64,000 bases of DNA from Vicugna vicugna. Taxonomy: Eukaryota. The notes under the pieces are model-generated. The model saw nothing but the letters and a program-made list of their open reading frames with translations. It did no database searches and was not told the origin of the DNA. Below, one piece after another: positions 48,001-60,000 of the stretch. Location: positions 1,313,985 to 1,377,984 of the forward strand of contig MU057887.1 in the NCBI GenBank assembly GCA_013265495.1, read 5' to 3'. Each line of letters opens with the position of its first letter. Position 1 is the stretch's first letter. The translations under genes were made by a program, and so were the position numbers.

Positions 48001-51000
48001 CCCATTTGTGGTATTTGTTAACAGCAGCCAACACCAAAGCCCTGGGACCCTCCTGAATGTCAGAGTCTGCCTAAGAGTCCAAGCGACGGCTGGACCCGCA
48101 TCCACACCCCTCCTGCCCAGGTCCCTGCTCACCCCTCTGGGTGCTCCTGGATGCAGGTGCCCCCCGGCCCCCATATAGAATGAGGCTCCCAGTCCTGGCC
48201 AGGAGGCAGGGGACCGCAGGCGCTCACGTCACGCCTGGGCTCACGCCTTTCCTCACCCTGGAATGACCTGCCAGTACCTTCTGCTGGTCCGGAGTCCCCA
48301 GCCCCACCCTCCCTCCCCGCTCCCCTCTGCGGCCATCCCCGCGGTTCTCAAACACTTTGTCTCCCTGCCCAGGGCTGGTTGTAAGAACTCCTGTGGAATC
48401 AGTGACAGGGCACACCCTGCTCACTTCTGGAAGAAGCAGGGTCCCTTCTCGAGGAGGCTGTGCTTGGCGTCCAGTGACAACCCTCCCAGCAAGGCAGCCC
48501 CACCCGTCTCTGGGCGTCTCTCGCGGGTCTCTGGGCTGCCCTGGGGGACACCGAGCACGTTCCCCCCGACAGCCCTCAGGCTCTTTCCAGCAGGAGACAG
48601 GGAGACTGCTCATGCAGCCACGTCACGTGGGACCGCTGCAACATTCCGGAAACATGGTGGGCAGGCTCGGGCTGGGCCAGGCCACCGAACTTCCTTCCCC
48701 ACCTGTACAGCCTGGATGACAAGACCCGCATTCTGTGACAGGCTCGTGGGTTAGCCCAGATGACAAGCGCAAAGTGTCACCAAGCCTCACCATCAGCACG
48801 TGACACCCAGTGGCAACTTCTTCCTCCAAGGGAACGTTTTCTCCCAGTCCCAGAAGGGCCCTCCCATCACCCCTAAAAACAAGGGCTCAGAGCCTCCACT
48901 TCATAGCTCTGGGGTCAGTTTGAGTTTATAACTTGATGCAATTTTATGCTTCTCTATAATATTGGAAATAGGTAGTTGTAAAAACGTTGAGAATTTAATT
49001 AAATCACCCTTGATGTCTTTTAGTAGGAAAATAACAACTACACAGTTTATTCCAAATCTTCCATTTTTAATAAGAACAATGATTTATCCATTCGACTGAG
49101 GACACTGGGCTGAAAGGCAGGACATAGAGTTTCTGGTAGCATGAATTCAGCCAGGTAGCCAAGCTGTGCGACTCCAAGAAGTCTCATTCACCCTGGTGGT
49201 CCCCCTTGGAGTCGTGCAGTGCACAGCCTGCACAACTGTATGTGGCAACCCCAGCTGAGCCTTCTGCTCCCCCTTGGCCAACCATCTGACCTGGACAAGG
49301 CCCATTACTATATCTCAGTTTTTCTGGCTACAAGATAAGGATTTAATATTAGAATATCAATGTTCACCGTGTTACAGGGACTTTGAGGCTCACATCAACA
49401 AAAAACACAGAAGTCTCCCCTTGAATCCTTCTTAGGTAAATCCAAGGGAGAAGGCTTTTACCATGCCACCTGATATGGTAGTCCACAGAAAATCCTTTTC
49501 ATTTTCTTTTACGTCAGTCGATGAGATCACAAAGTCGGCTAAGCTATATCCTTAAAGACTTCACCTTCAGTTAAGCAACAGTTAGATAAGTATAAGAAAT
49601 AATCTGTTTTCTTGCTCTGTAATAGCAGCCCGTGTTACAGAACACGTACAAGTGCCTATTACGAGATGCTTAACTATTAGGTGCGATCCTGGGGAAAGAA
49701 CCGTCCCCTAGCTGTGCGAGCCCCGTGTTATCTTTACAAGTTATAATTTACATTTTTGGGGATGGGTGTGAGACTTCCAGAGGGAGGACGAAAACAGCAC
49801 TTATGTTTGGGAAGCTCTAATGAGATGCAGCTGCTGTTTACAGAACTGCAATTGTTGTAAATAGCTGTTCATCACCCACGGCCCAGCGCCACGGGATTCA
49901 AGCAGAAGCAGCGGGAGGAAGAAAACTGGAGGCGAAAGGCAAGAGTCAGCGTCCATGCTTAGAGCAGCACTTGCTGACGTGAGCCAGCCCCCTGGTGAGA
50001 CAGAGTTCAGAGTCTGGCGTTAGCTAATTAAAGCAGCGAGCGTGACTTTCAGGAAGACAAGCATCACCCAGCACCTGCTTCTTGGTTCCTACTCCCAGAC
50101 CCACCAGCCACTGGGTCCAAAGAGACGGACGGCCCTTTGGCCTTCAGAACCAAGCATCCTCAGAGTAAGAACTGAAAGCACGAGCAGGAGGGACGCACAG
50201 TGCGGTATCAGGGAGAAGCCACGCATCTGAGGGCCGGCTCCCAGCTCCGCAGCATCCAGATGCCCCCACCCCTGCTCACACCACCCCAGAACCAGCAGAA
50301 CCCTGGCCAGTCTGCCCCACACACATGCCAACTATCCACGTACAGTCAGTGTCACCAACAGAACATAAAAGCACAGAAAGCAGCCATGGGCAACAGGAAA
50401 CAATGCTGCAGGTGACTCAGGATACAGGGATGGGGGGTCCTCAGAGGGTTCAGCAGAGACACCACCTGACCTACAACCCTACCTGCTCCCAGGTATAGAC
50501 CCAAGAGAACCGAACACAGGGACTCAGGCAAAAACTTGTTCACAAATGCTCATAGCAGCACTGTTCACAATAGCTGAAAGGCAAAATACCCCCNNNNNNN
50601 NNNNNNNNNNNNNNNNNNNNNNNNNNNNNNNNNNNNNNNNNNNNNNNNNNNNNNNNNNNNNNNNNNNNNNNNNNNNNNNNNNNNNNNNNNNNNNNNNNNN
50701 NNNNNNNNNNNNNNNNNNNNNNGCCCAGGGAAAGACGCCTGTCACAAAACGTCACATGTTGTACAACCCAATTTGCAGAAAATGTCCAGAACAAGCAAAT
50801 TCATAGACAGAAAGTAGATTAGTGATTTCCAGGAGCTGGGGTGGCAGGGGAATTGGGAGTGACTGCAAGAGGTTCCATTTAGGGTGATGAAAATATTTCA
50901 GAGCTAGAGAGACGTGGTGTTTGTGCAACATGGGGAATGCACTCAATGCCACTGAACCATTCACTTTAAATGGTTATATTTTATGTTATGTGAATTTCAC

Positions 51001-54000
51001 CTCAATAAGAAAAAAAAATTAGACAGGCATCCACCATTCCTAACGCCCCCTGGCCACTCTCTACCTGGATAATTTGAGAAGCTCCTCCCCTCTTTTTATC
51101 TGTGAAACGGGGATAAAATGCATTCTGGAGGCTTCTGGTCAAGACTGTCACAAGTACGCTCTCCATCAGGGTCGGGGCTGTGCAAGGCAGGGACACAGGC
51201 AGCCAAACTCAGGCGGGGAGGGGACCAGAGACGCCAGCAGGTGCCTTTGATTTGGGCTCAGCTCATCAGTTTTCATCCAGGAAAGACAATCATGGCTAGA
51301 AGGCCAGGAGGGAAGGGAACCTGGAGAATCAGGAGGCGGAGGCAGGGCCCGGCTCCGTCCGCAGGTCCACCTCTTATATGTGCCAGAGGGAAAGTGGTGC
51401 TGGCGCTTTATCCAGCGCCCTGAGGAAGAGCTCTGGCTGTGCTGGCCCCGGGGGTGCGGAACGAAGCATAAAGACCGAGACAAAACTGCTCCTTCGTATT
51501 TCTGAGATGACATTGCCACACATTTGCACGAAGGAAAAAGGCAGCCTGGGGAATATAGGGGCCACACGGCAGTGGACGGTATCGGTCAATTCTTGGATTA
51601 GTGGAGTGCCAGGCACAGGCAGGGAGAAGGTCGGAGTCCCTGCACCGTCCTTCCTGGGGCTCGGCTACGTCTGGTGGGGCAGCCGTCCTGACCGAGGACC
51701 CCTGTCCCCACTGACCCCGAGCCCTGCCCTGTAGTAGCCAGGCCCGGACACCCAGGGGCCGAGAAAGCCAGCACGAGGTACGTGAACTGGAGACACAAAC
51801 CAGCTGGCAGGGCCTGCCGGTGGTGCCGTCTGCACCCCTAAGTGTGCACAGGCCGCTATGGGGCAGGTGGAATCGGGGCCAGTGAGGACAGCCGCCACCT
51901 GAGAAAAGTCCCAGAGGCCCGCGTGTGCTTCGGGGGGACGGGAAGCAACAAGTTTGCGAATCTGTGCAGATGTGAGTTTCTGGGGTCCATCAAGTCGTCA
52001 CTCGGGGTCCGTCCCTTTCTGTTTCCCTTTGGCTTCTGTCTTCTCCCCGCACAGGCCCCACCCTGGTGTTTCCATTTAGAGGCTCCGAGCAGCCCGAGGT
52101 GCTGTGGGGGGGGTGTCTGTGAGCACAAAGGCCTTCGGTTCTTATGAAGCGCTCACGTTTCTGCAGCCTTTAACCCGCTGCGGACAAGTCCTCGTCAGGA
52201 AGGCTGATGGGAGTTCGATTTCAAATGCTGGACGCGGGAGGAGGCGCGGAGGGGGGCGCCTGGAAACCGGACACCAGGAGGGGCAAGTCCTGGGAAAGAA
52301 ATGGATTCCCACCCTGTGTCAGAAATGATTAACTGTCTTGCTATCAAAGAATTCACAGATGGCTGGACTTCAGGAATGTCACAAAGAGTCAAAATGCAGC
52401 CTTGAACGTGCACTAGGAGGCCCAGACCCGACGGGTGGACTTGCTGAAAGCAGCCCCCCAGGTGGCAGCCACACCCAGAACTGTGGGCGGGCAGGGCCCC
52501 GCCTGTCCTGGCACCGAGGCGGTGAGACCCCCTCAGAAGCAGGACCGGTGTTTCTCGGAAGCAAACCGGCAGACCGTGTCAAGAGGAGGAAACATCCAGA
52601 CACACGTGCTTCCATGATGCAAACCAATCCCCGAGGAGCCCCCGAGGAGCCCCCGAGGAGCCCCAAGAAGGACTTTGCAGGAACACAGACACCAGACAAG
52701 GGGGCGCCCTCCACGGAGGCCTGGCTCGGGCCTGGGAGGGGCGCGCACACCTGTAGGCAGGTAACAGGAGGTTCTAGTGGAGATGCTCTGAGTCTCAGCC
52801 TCCCCGCCTGTAACACGCAGGTGTGCAGCCCCTCCTGCCCTCCAGGCAGGCCGCGGCCCTCCCGGACCTCCCAGACCCCGGCTCTCTGGTCAGGCCGCCA
52901 CACAGGTGCTCTGGGCTCCGTGATGCAGATGTAAGTCCAGGTCTCTCATAGGAAAGGGGTTCACCACCAGCACCACACAGGTGAGGAATGTAGGAAAGAC
53001 AGGTTATGGGACGCAGCATCTCTACACCGACACCCCACCCACTTGCCCACACCTCACCCCTTCTGATGGTTCTCAAGGTACTTAGACTGAAGGCCAGTGT
53101 CTGCAGCAAGGACCCCATCTGCCCACTCACAAGGAATGCCAGGCCCTGGGACCGGGCTGAGCCACGTCGGGGCCCAAGGAACGCACGCCATCAAGGTCGG
53201 GTTCACCTGCAGCCTGGAGCTGTCAGGCAGGCGGTAAGAGCGACACTGCTGAGGCCGGCCCCCCCGGGGCTGTGAAGCAGCCAGGCGTCCTCGGAACTCA
53301 GCAGGGACATGCGGTCTCCATGCAGACAAAAATGGCCTGTCCAACGGAACCAGGCTGCCCCTCGATGCAGATCCGTAGAGGCCCGGGGCCCGGAGGCCAC
53401 TGATCCCCTCATCTGCATTTTGATGGGAGTTGGGGCCTTTTCAGCAGCAGCAAGAAGTCACTCTGCCTTCTTCAGTCAACAGGATGCCGGGAGAAGCCCA
53501 GAGTCCCCCAAATGAGGCTGTAAACATACTGACTCCCAGAGTTTAACATTAAGACTTAAGCTCAGGCCTTCTTGACTTTTTCCTTTAAGACATCAGATAC
53601 CAACACTCTGGGAAGGACACAGCATCCCCTTGGGGTGTGGAGAGCAAACTGCTGCAGGGAAGCCTGACCAGGCCACCAGGCGGGCCACTTACCCGCCACC
53701 AGGCAGGGCGGATGGCTCTGGCTGAGGGGCAGGTGCCCTGACTCCCTCGCCTGCCAGGGGCCTGGGGCTGGGGACGCACCGCTGAGCTGCGCAGCCCTCC
53801 TGGAGAGAGGCTAAGTTCAAAGCTCCCACTTCTAGGGTCATTTGGAAGCACGAGCCTGAGCCCCTTGGCAGAGGGACAGGGGACAGCAGCATCCACAACC
53901 CCCAACGAGCATCACCTCCCAAAGGCCAAGAGGTCACGTCCTGACCCCACTCAGGAGAATCCCCTGACCTCCCCCACGCCAGGCTCAGCTGTAACACGAG

Positions 54001-57000
54001 GTAGAAGCAGCGCCTCCACCGTGGGACGAAATGCACGCATTTCAACGCCTGCTGCTGCCAGGTGTTGCTAAGAAAGACAGAAAAGCCAAAATGTGCACAG
54101 TGGCTCCTTCTTCCTGCATTTCTGCTGTTCTCATACTTTCCTACATAAAAATATACAGTTTCTTTTTACATCTTTAAAGAAAAAAAGAGCAGTTAGCAGC
54201 CCGAGTCACCGACGCCGAAGGCCCTTGCCAGGGCTCGGGCACAGAGCGACCTGCAGCCCGGGAGCCTCTGTTTGTTCAGTTACCCGAGAAAACTCTGGGC
54301 TCTGCTAACAGGCTCTTTATTTTCGGAGAGTTAAAAAGAAAAGACTTTTAACAAGAGTCAGAACCAACTGGTCACCTTAAAAAAAAAATCATAGCCAAGC
54401 CTTCTGCTTCTCAGGCAAGACGGTCAGTCCAGCTCCTGACAGCTCTGGCCACAGGTCAGAGGAGCTGCGTGCTTTCCTGCTCAGAAATGGCAGCCCCTCG
54501 GGCTGCGAGGTGGAGGTGGACGGAGGGGCGCTTGTGCGCTTGGCGCTGTGTGCAGATGAGCATCTCCCGGCGGCCCCGGTGGCCTCCGTGGGGCTGACTT
54601 TTGTTCTGGAAAAGACCCGTGGGCCACGGCGCCAGCCCCTCACTGGGCCCAGCCCTCACCAGACAAAGGCTCCCGGTCCGTGTGAGGGAGCCAGGAGCCG
54701 GGAGCCTCCCAGCTGCTGTCCCCACAGCGCCCGGCCATCGGGGCCAGGCCCCCGTCCGCAGCCCCCCAACCGGGCAGCCCCCCAGGTTCACTGGGAACTG
54801 GGGGCTTCATGCAGATTTGCCTGCAGGAGGTTTCTTCTCCGGCGACAAATGAACGGCTCAAAACTGGGGGTCTTAACGTTTAAAGAGCACCCTCTTGGAA
54901 AGCTGGGGTAACACGTTCCTTCTCTTGGGGGCTCTGTGGACAAGAAGCCGCTCAGCACAAGCTGGGGGACCCCCCCAGCATCCCATGAGAAGCCCCTGCT
55001 CCTGTGCACGTGGGGGCTACGGGTCTGACCTACGGCTGCTCCTGGCTGGACCAGAGACGGGGCGGGCGCCCTGAGCAGTCGTCCCCTTGGGTCTGCGTGG
55101 CACGGGGACCGGCGCCTCGGAGGGGCTCCTGGGCCGCAGAGACGGACTCTCTGGGCTCAGCCCACACAGTCCCAGGACAGAGAGGACAGAACGCTTTGGG
55201 CAGTGACAAAGTCACTCTGGGCGTCGAGGGTTCGCAGGTCACAGGTCATCTTTTCAGAAAGACTCCTCAGATGGACGGACAAAGACTTTCAAGAAACATG
55301 CACACTTACACAGTCAAGCACTCCCTCATTGTGCGGACACACGTGCACACACACTCCTGCAAAGCCCCAGCTGCTCCTACTGGGACCCTAACAGGCTCCT
55401 TTCTGTCCCCAGAGTCTGGACGGCGGCAGAGAGACCCCCAGACACTCAGCTTCTCCCTTCAGACCGCCAGGCCTCCCACGCACCTCGACCCTCTTCTGCC
55501 ACCAGACAGGGAGTCGCCGTGAAGCCAGTGGCGCCTGCGCCCGCAGGCGACTTTCCATGACAGGCACAGCACACAGGACATAGGGTGGGGCTGCGTCCCG
55601 GGGACGGACTGTTTCCACAGCAGGTGACTCTGCCGTCTGATGAGGCCGTGTGTGCAAAGGAAGCAGGCGGCTGTCCCAGCTCCCTGGGCTGCCAGCAGGC
55701 AGTGATCCACCCTTGGGGGACCCTTGCCCGGCTCCACGGAGGACACTCAGCAGGCCCTCCTCAGCCTGGCTCGGTTCCAAGGGAGGTGGACATCACCCTC
55801 AGATGGACGGCTAAACCGAACGCCGTCGACTATGACGTTGGATGTGGACCGACTGCCCACAGGGTCAGACCTAGCAGAGGCCATTCCCGTCCCGAGAAAC
55901 TGGCTGAATGAGCAGGAACCTCAGCTGGAGAGAAACCAAACGCCTCGCACCCCAGACTGTAGACCCGAGTGGTGAGCCCACCCGGTAGGAAATGAGTGCG
56001 GCGCGGGGACCCAGGGACTCGTCTCCAACAGGTGTCCACTCTGCCGCTCTGGTCAGCTGGAGAAGCAAGGCTGAGACCCCAGAGCGGACGAGGGGCGGCA
56101 TCGAGCCTGCCTGGCTGTCTCCACCAGAAAGTTCAGTGTTCTTGGCAAACACTGACCAACCCTTTAAAAAAGCTTGGCTTCCTTATCTTGTACATTTTTA
56201 AAAATCAAAACAAAAATGGTTTATAATCCCATCACCCAGATGACCCCTGCTATATTCTTTAACAAAACCCAGAGGAAACTCTAACCTGAAAAGACACCCG
56301 GACCCCAGTGTTCACAGCAGCACTATATGCAACAGCTAAGACACGGAAGCAACCTAAGTGTCCATCGACAGATGACTGGATAAAGAAGTTGTGGTATGTA
56401 TACAATGGAATACTACTCAGCGATAAAAAGAAAAACATAATGCCATTTGCAGCAACATGGATGGGCCTGGAGATCATCATTCTAAGTGAAGTAGGTCAGA
56501 GAGAGGAAGAAAAATACCGTATATCACTCATGTATGGAATCTGGAAAAAAGGACACAAATGAACTTATTTACAAAACAGAAACAGACTCACAGACAGAGA
56601 AAACAAACTTATGGTCACCAGGAGGGAAAGGAGGTGGGGAGGGATAAACTGGGAGTTTGGGATGAGCAGATACTAACTACTGTATATAAAACAGATAAAC
56701 AACAAGGTCCTATTGTGCAGCACAGGGACCACATTCAATATCCTGTACTAGCCCATAATGAAAAGGAATATATGTACGTATGGATAACTGAATCGCTAGC
56801 TGCACACCAGAAACTAAGACAACACTGTAAATCAACTCCACTCCAATTTAAAAAAAAAAGGCGAGACACCTAAAACATTGCACAAAGGTATAAAATGAAC
56901 ACAAAAGCCACCTCCTTTCTCATCAGCCTTATTCCCGAAGGCACCCACCGTGCAGCAGACTGGCTGTAAAAAGAGCTGTAGTGATGCCTCCTGTCACCCA

Positions 57001-60000
57001 CTCACAAGGAATGATAACTCTCTGAGGTTTTAAGACACCACACTTTGGATGGATCACGACCCAGCAAAGGTATCTGATACACGCTGTTGACGGATCTGTT
57101 TTCAGGGGAGGAGGGTGTCCTTCAGAAAAAGAGAATTGCACATGCCAGCACATATCTGTGTATCTTCCAAAGTTCTTTTTTTTAAATTTACTTATTTGTT
57201 TAAATAGAGGTACTGGGGACTGAACCCAGGACCTCGTGCATGTGAGGCACGCACTCCACCACTGAGCTCTACCCTCCCCTTCTTTTGAAGTTCTTTTAAT
57301 TAAGTTTTTTGAATTAATTTTAGATGCACAGGCAATTGTGAAAAATAACAGATCCGGTGTGCCCTTTACCCAGTTCCCACCAGTAGCAAACATCCTGCAG
57401 AGTGGTGGCATAACACAACAGCCCAGATGTGGACCTGATACAGTCAGGGCACGGAATGTTCCATCACCCCTTGGACGGCACCTGCTGCCCGCTCACAGCC
57501 ACACCCCACCCCCCAATCCCAGGGGACCACTCATCTGTTCTCCAGTCCTGTCCCCGTACAACCTTACACAAGAGGACCCGCACACGACACGAGCCCATGA
57601 GGCTGGCTTTATTTCGTACAGACATCAGTAGTTCATGCCTTCTCATTACTGAATAGTCTTCCGAGTACCATGGGGAGGGTGTGTCCAGTCTGCTCCGCCA
57701 TCGCCCGCAGGGGGCTTCTGGGAGGTTTCCAGCTTGGGAACATTAGGGGGAAAGCTGCTGGGAACCTTTGTGAACAGGGGTCGTGTGGACATGAGCTGTA
57801 TCTACATTCATGAGGGATGCTGGCCTAGAGCCTTCTTTCTGGGTGCTGTCTTCATCTGGTTCTGGCATTAGGGCAATACAACTCCATAAAGTCAACTGGG
57901 AAGTGTTCCTGCCTCTTCTTTTCCCTGAAAGAGACGGTACAGAGTTGCTGTAATTCTTTCAACATTTGGTAGGATTCTCCAGTAAAGCCACCTGTGCCTG
58001 GAGATTTCACTTTGGGGCGTTTTCAAAACACAAATTCAATTTTTCTCAACAGTAACACAGTTATTCAAGTCATTTATTTTGTATTGGTCAAGTGGTGGCA
58101 GCTTGTGTTTTCTGAGGACTTGAGAATTTATCCCTCATACCGGCAGTCTGAGTCTTCTCTGGGTTTTTGATGTGGGGGGGTTTGTTTTTGTTTTTGGTCA
58201 GTCTTGCTCGAAGTCTGCCAATGTTAATTGATCTTTCCAGAGCTCTTTGTTTTATTGAGTCTCTCTGTTTCCTGTTTTCAGTGTCGCTGGATTCTGCTCT
58301 TATCTTTCTTCTTTTGTTCCGTCTACTTCCACCAAGACCAGCCCGAGTTCCCAGTGGGAAGAACTCATTTCAGAATGATCTACACAGACCCGTCCGTCAG
58401 GAGCAGTCACTCTTTCGCAAGCTGGGGGTGGAAATGTTTACCTGTCTTGCACAACAGGCTCGGGGGAAAAAGCACACCTACGACAAACTGATGACCACAA
58501 ACCCTCCAAATCCGCCCCGAAAGCCCACAGGTAGGCGCAGGCGGAGGGGCTCCGTGTCCCATCCGTGCTTTGCAGAGTGCAAGGTGTCCATGCAAAGGCT
58601 CCACCTTTAACATACCTCCCCAGGCCAACGCCCAGCTCCGGCAGGCGCCCCAGCTTCCCTGAAGGTAAGTGAAGCCACCAGACCGTCCCACTTAAAACGT
58701 CACCAAGCAGGAAGAAACAGTGACCTGACTTTGCCTGCCTCTCTGCCTGCAGGGTCGACCCACAGGGACCCTCCCAAGAGGTGCTGGCCTCTGGTCTCTG
58801 GCTGGCTGGGGCCCGTGGGAGCCCAGGAGGGGAGCGGAGGGAGGGCGAGAAGCGGAGGGAGGGCGAGAAGCAGCGGGAGGGCTCTGCAGACGGTCACTTC
58901 TCTGCACAGGTGGCTTCTCTCCAAGACCCCTTCTGTCTGAGTTCCATTCTGCACTCTCCCCTGGTTCCTCTTGGCCTGAGGGCTGTCATAGCTCCTCTGC
59001 AGCCCCGGGTCCTGCACTGACCAGCATGGACGCCCCACGCCCTGCCCCTCTTTGGTGATAAGCCCCCCGGGACCATCCCAGTGAGGTTTCCACCTGTCTC
59101 CTGGTGGGGAGGGAGTGCTTGACTGGTGAAACAGCCCACACAGGGTCCCGGGCCCTGGGAGAATTGGGGAGGGTCCAAGGGGCCCCAGAGGTCTCCCACG
59201 CAGGACCCACTTAAGGACCAGCCACGACACGGATGACAAAACAGACGCCTGCTGAGTGACTGGCCCCTCGCAGACTGCCGTCAGAGCCGCCCTCCCCACC
59301 AGCCTCCAGCTGCATCCCGACTTGGGCCCGGTGGCCCTCCCGCCCCTCCAAACGTGCTCGCTACCTACCGGCTGAGCCCTGCCCGGCCCCCGGCGCAGGG
59401 AGAACAACTCAGTGTCTGGACAAGGGGGCCAGGGACACAAAGCTCCCAGGAGACAGATGTCCGTAATCCCCGTGAGCCCTTCCCATTGTGTGACACGCAC
59501 GGAGGCCTCAGGAGAGCTGTGCAAACTGCTTGGTTTCCTCCATCAGACAGCCTCGGGCAAGAGAGGAAGCAGCTGAGCTGGCAGGAGAGGAAGGCCTAAT
59601 CCGTGCGGAGGGCCTGGCTCAGGTGCTGCCGGGAGGCCGGCCTGGAGCGGAGCGGTGGGGACAGGGGTGCTCGTCCTCTCCCGTGGGCTCCTCCTTCCCC
59701 AGGGGCCGTCCCAGGGCCCTGCAGTGGCGGGCTCACTCCTCGGTGCTCCCTGGAGGGTCTCTGTGAGCAGGCAGGGCCTTGAGAGACTCCCAGTGTGCAG
59801 AGCGGTGGTCAAGGAGGCTGCTCCAGGACCTGGGCAGGGCCGGCCGAGCTGTGACTGTTCCGTGACACGCTGTTGCTTCAGCCATCGGCGGGTGACTCTG
59901 AAACACGCTATGTGCAGGTGCCCTGGCGGGGCAGCCAAGGCTGATTCAGCCCCGAAGCCGAGTCTTCAGCCGGCCCTGGGAGATGCGTCTCCCACTCAAG

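Noticed and set aside
50594-50722. Missing exon hidden in the N gap
   Set aside because: The gap sits inside a collinear L1 3' end, and exons 5 and 6 join in phase without it.
33676-57279. tRNA genes at 33676, 38214, 39221 and 57176
   Set aside because: A and B boxes are present, but the elements end in A-rich tails, two have clear TSDs, and there is no complete acceptor stem; they are SINEs.
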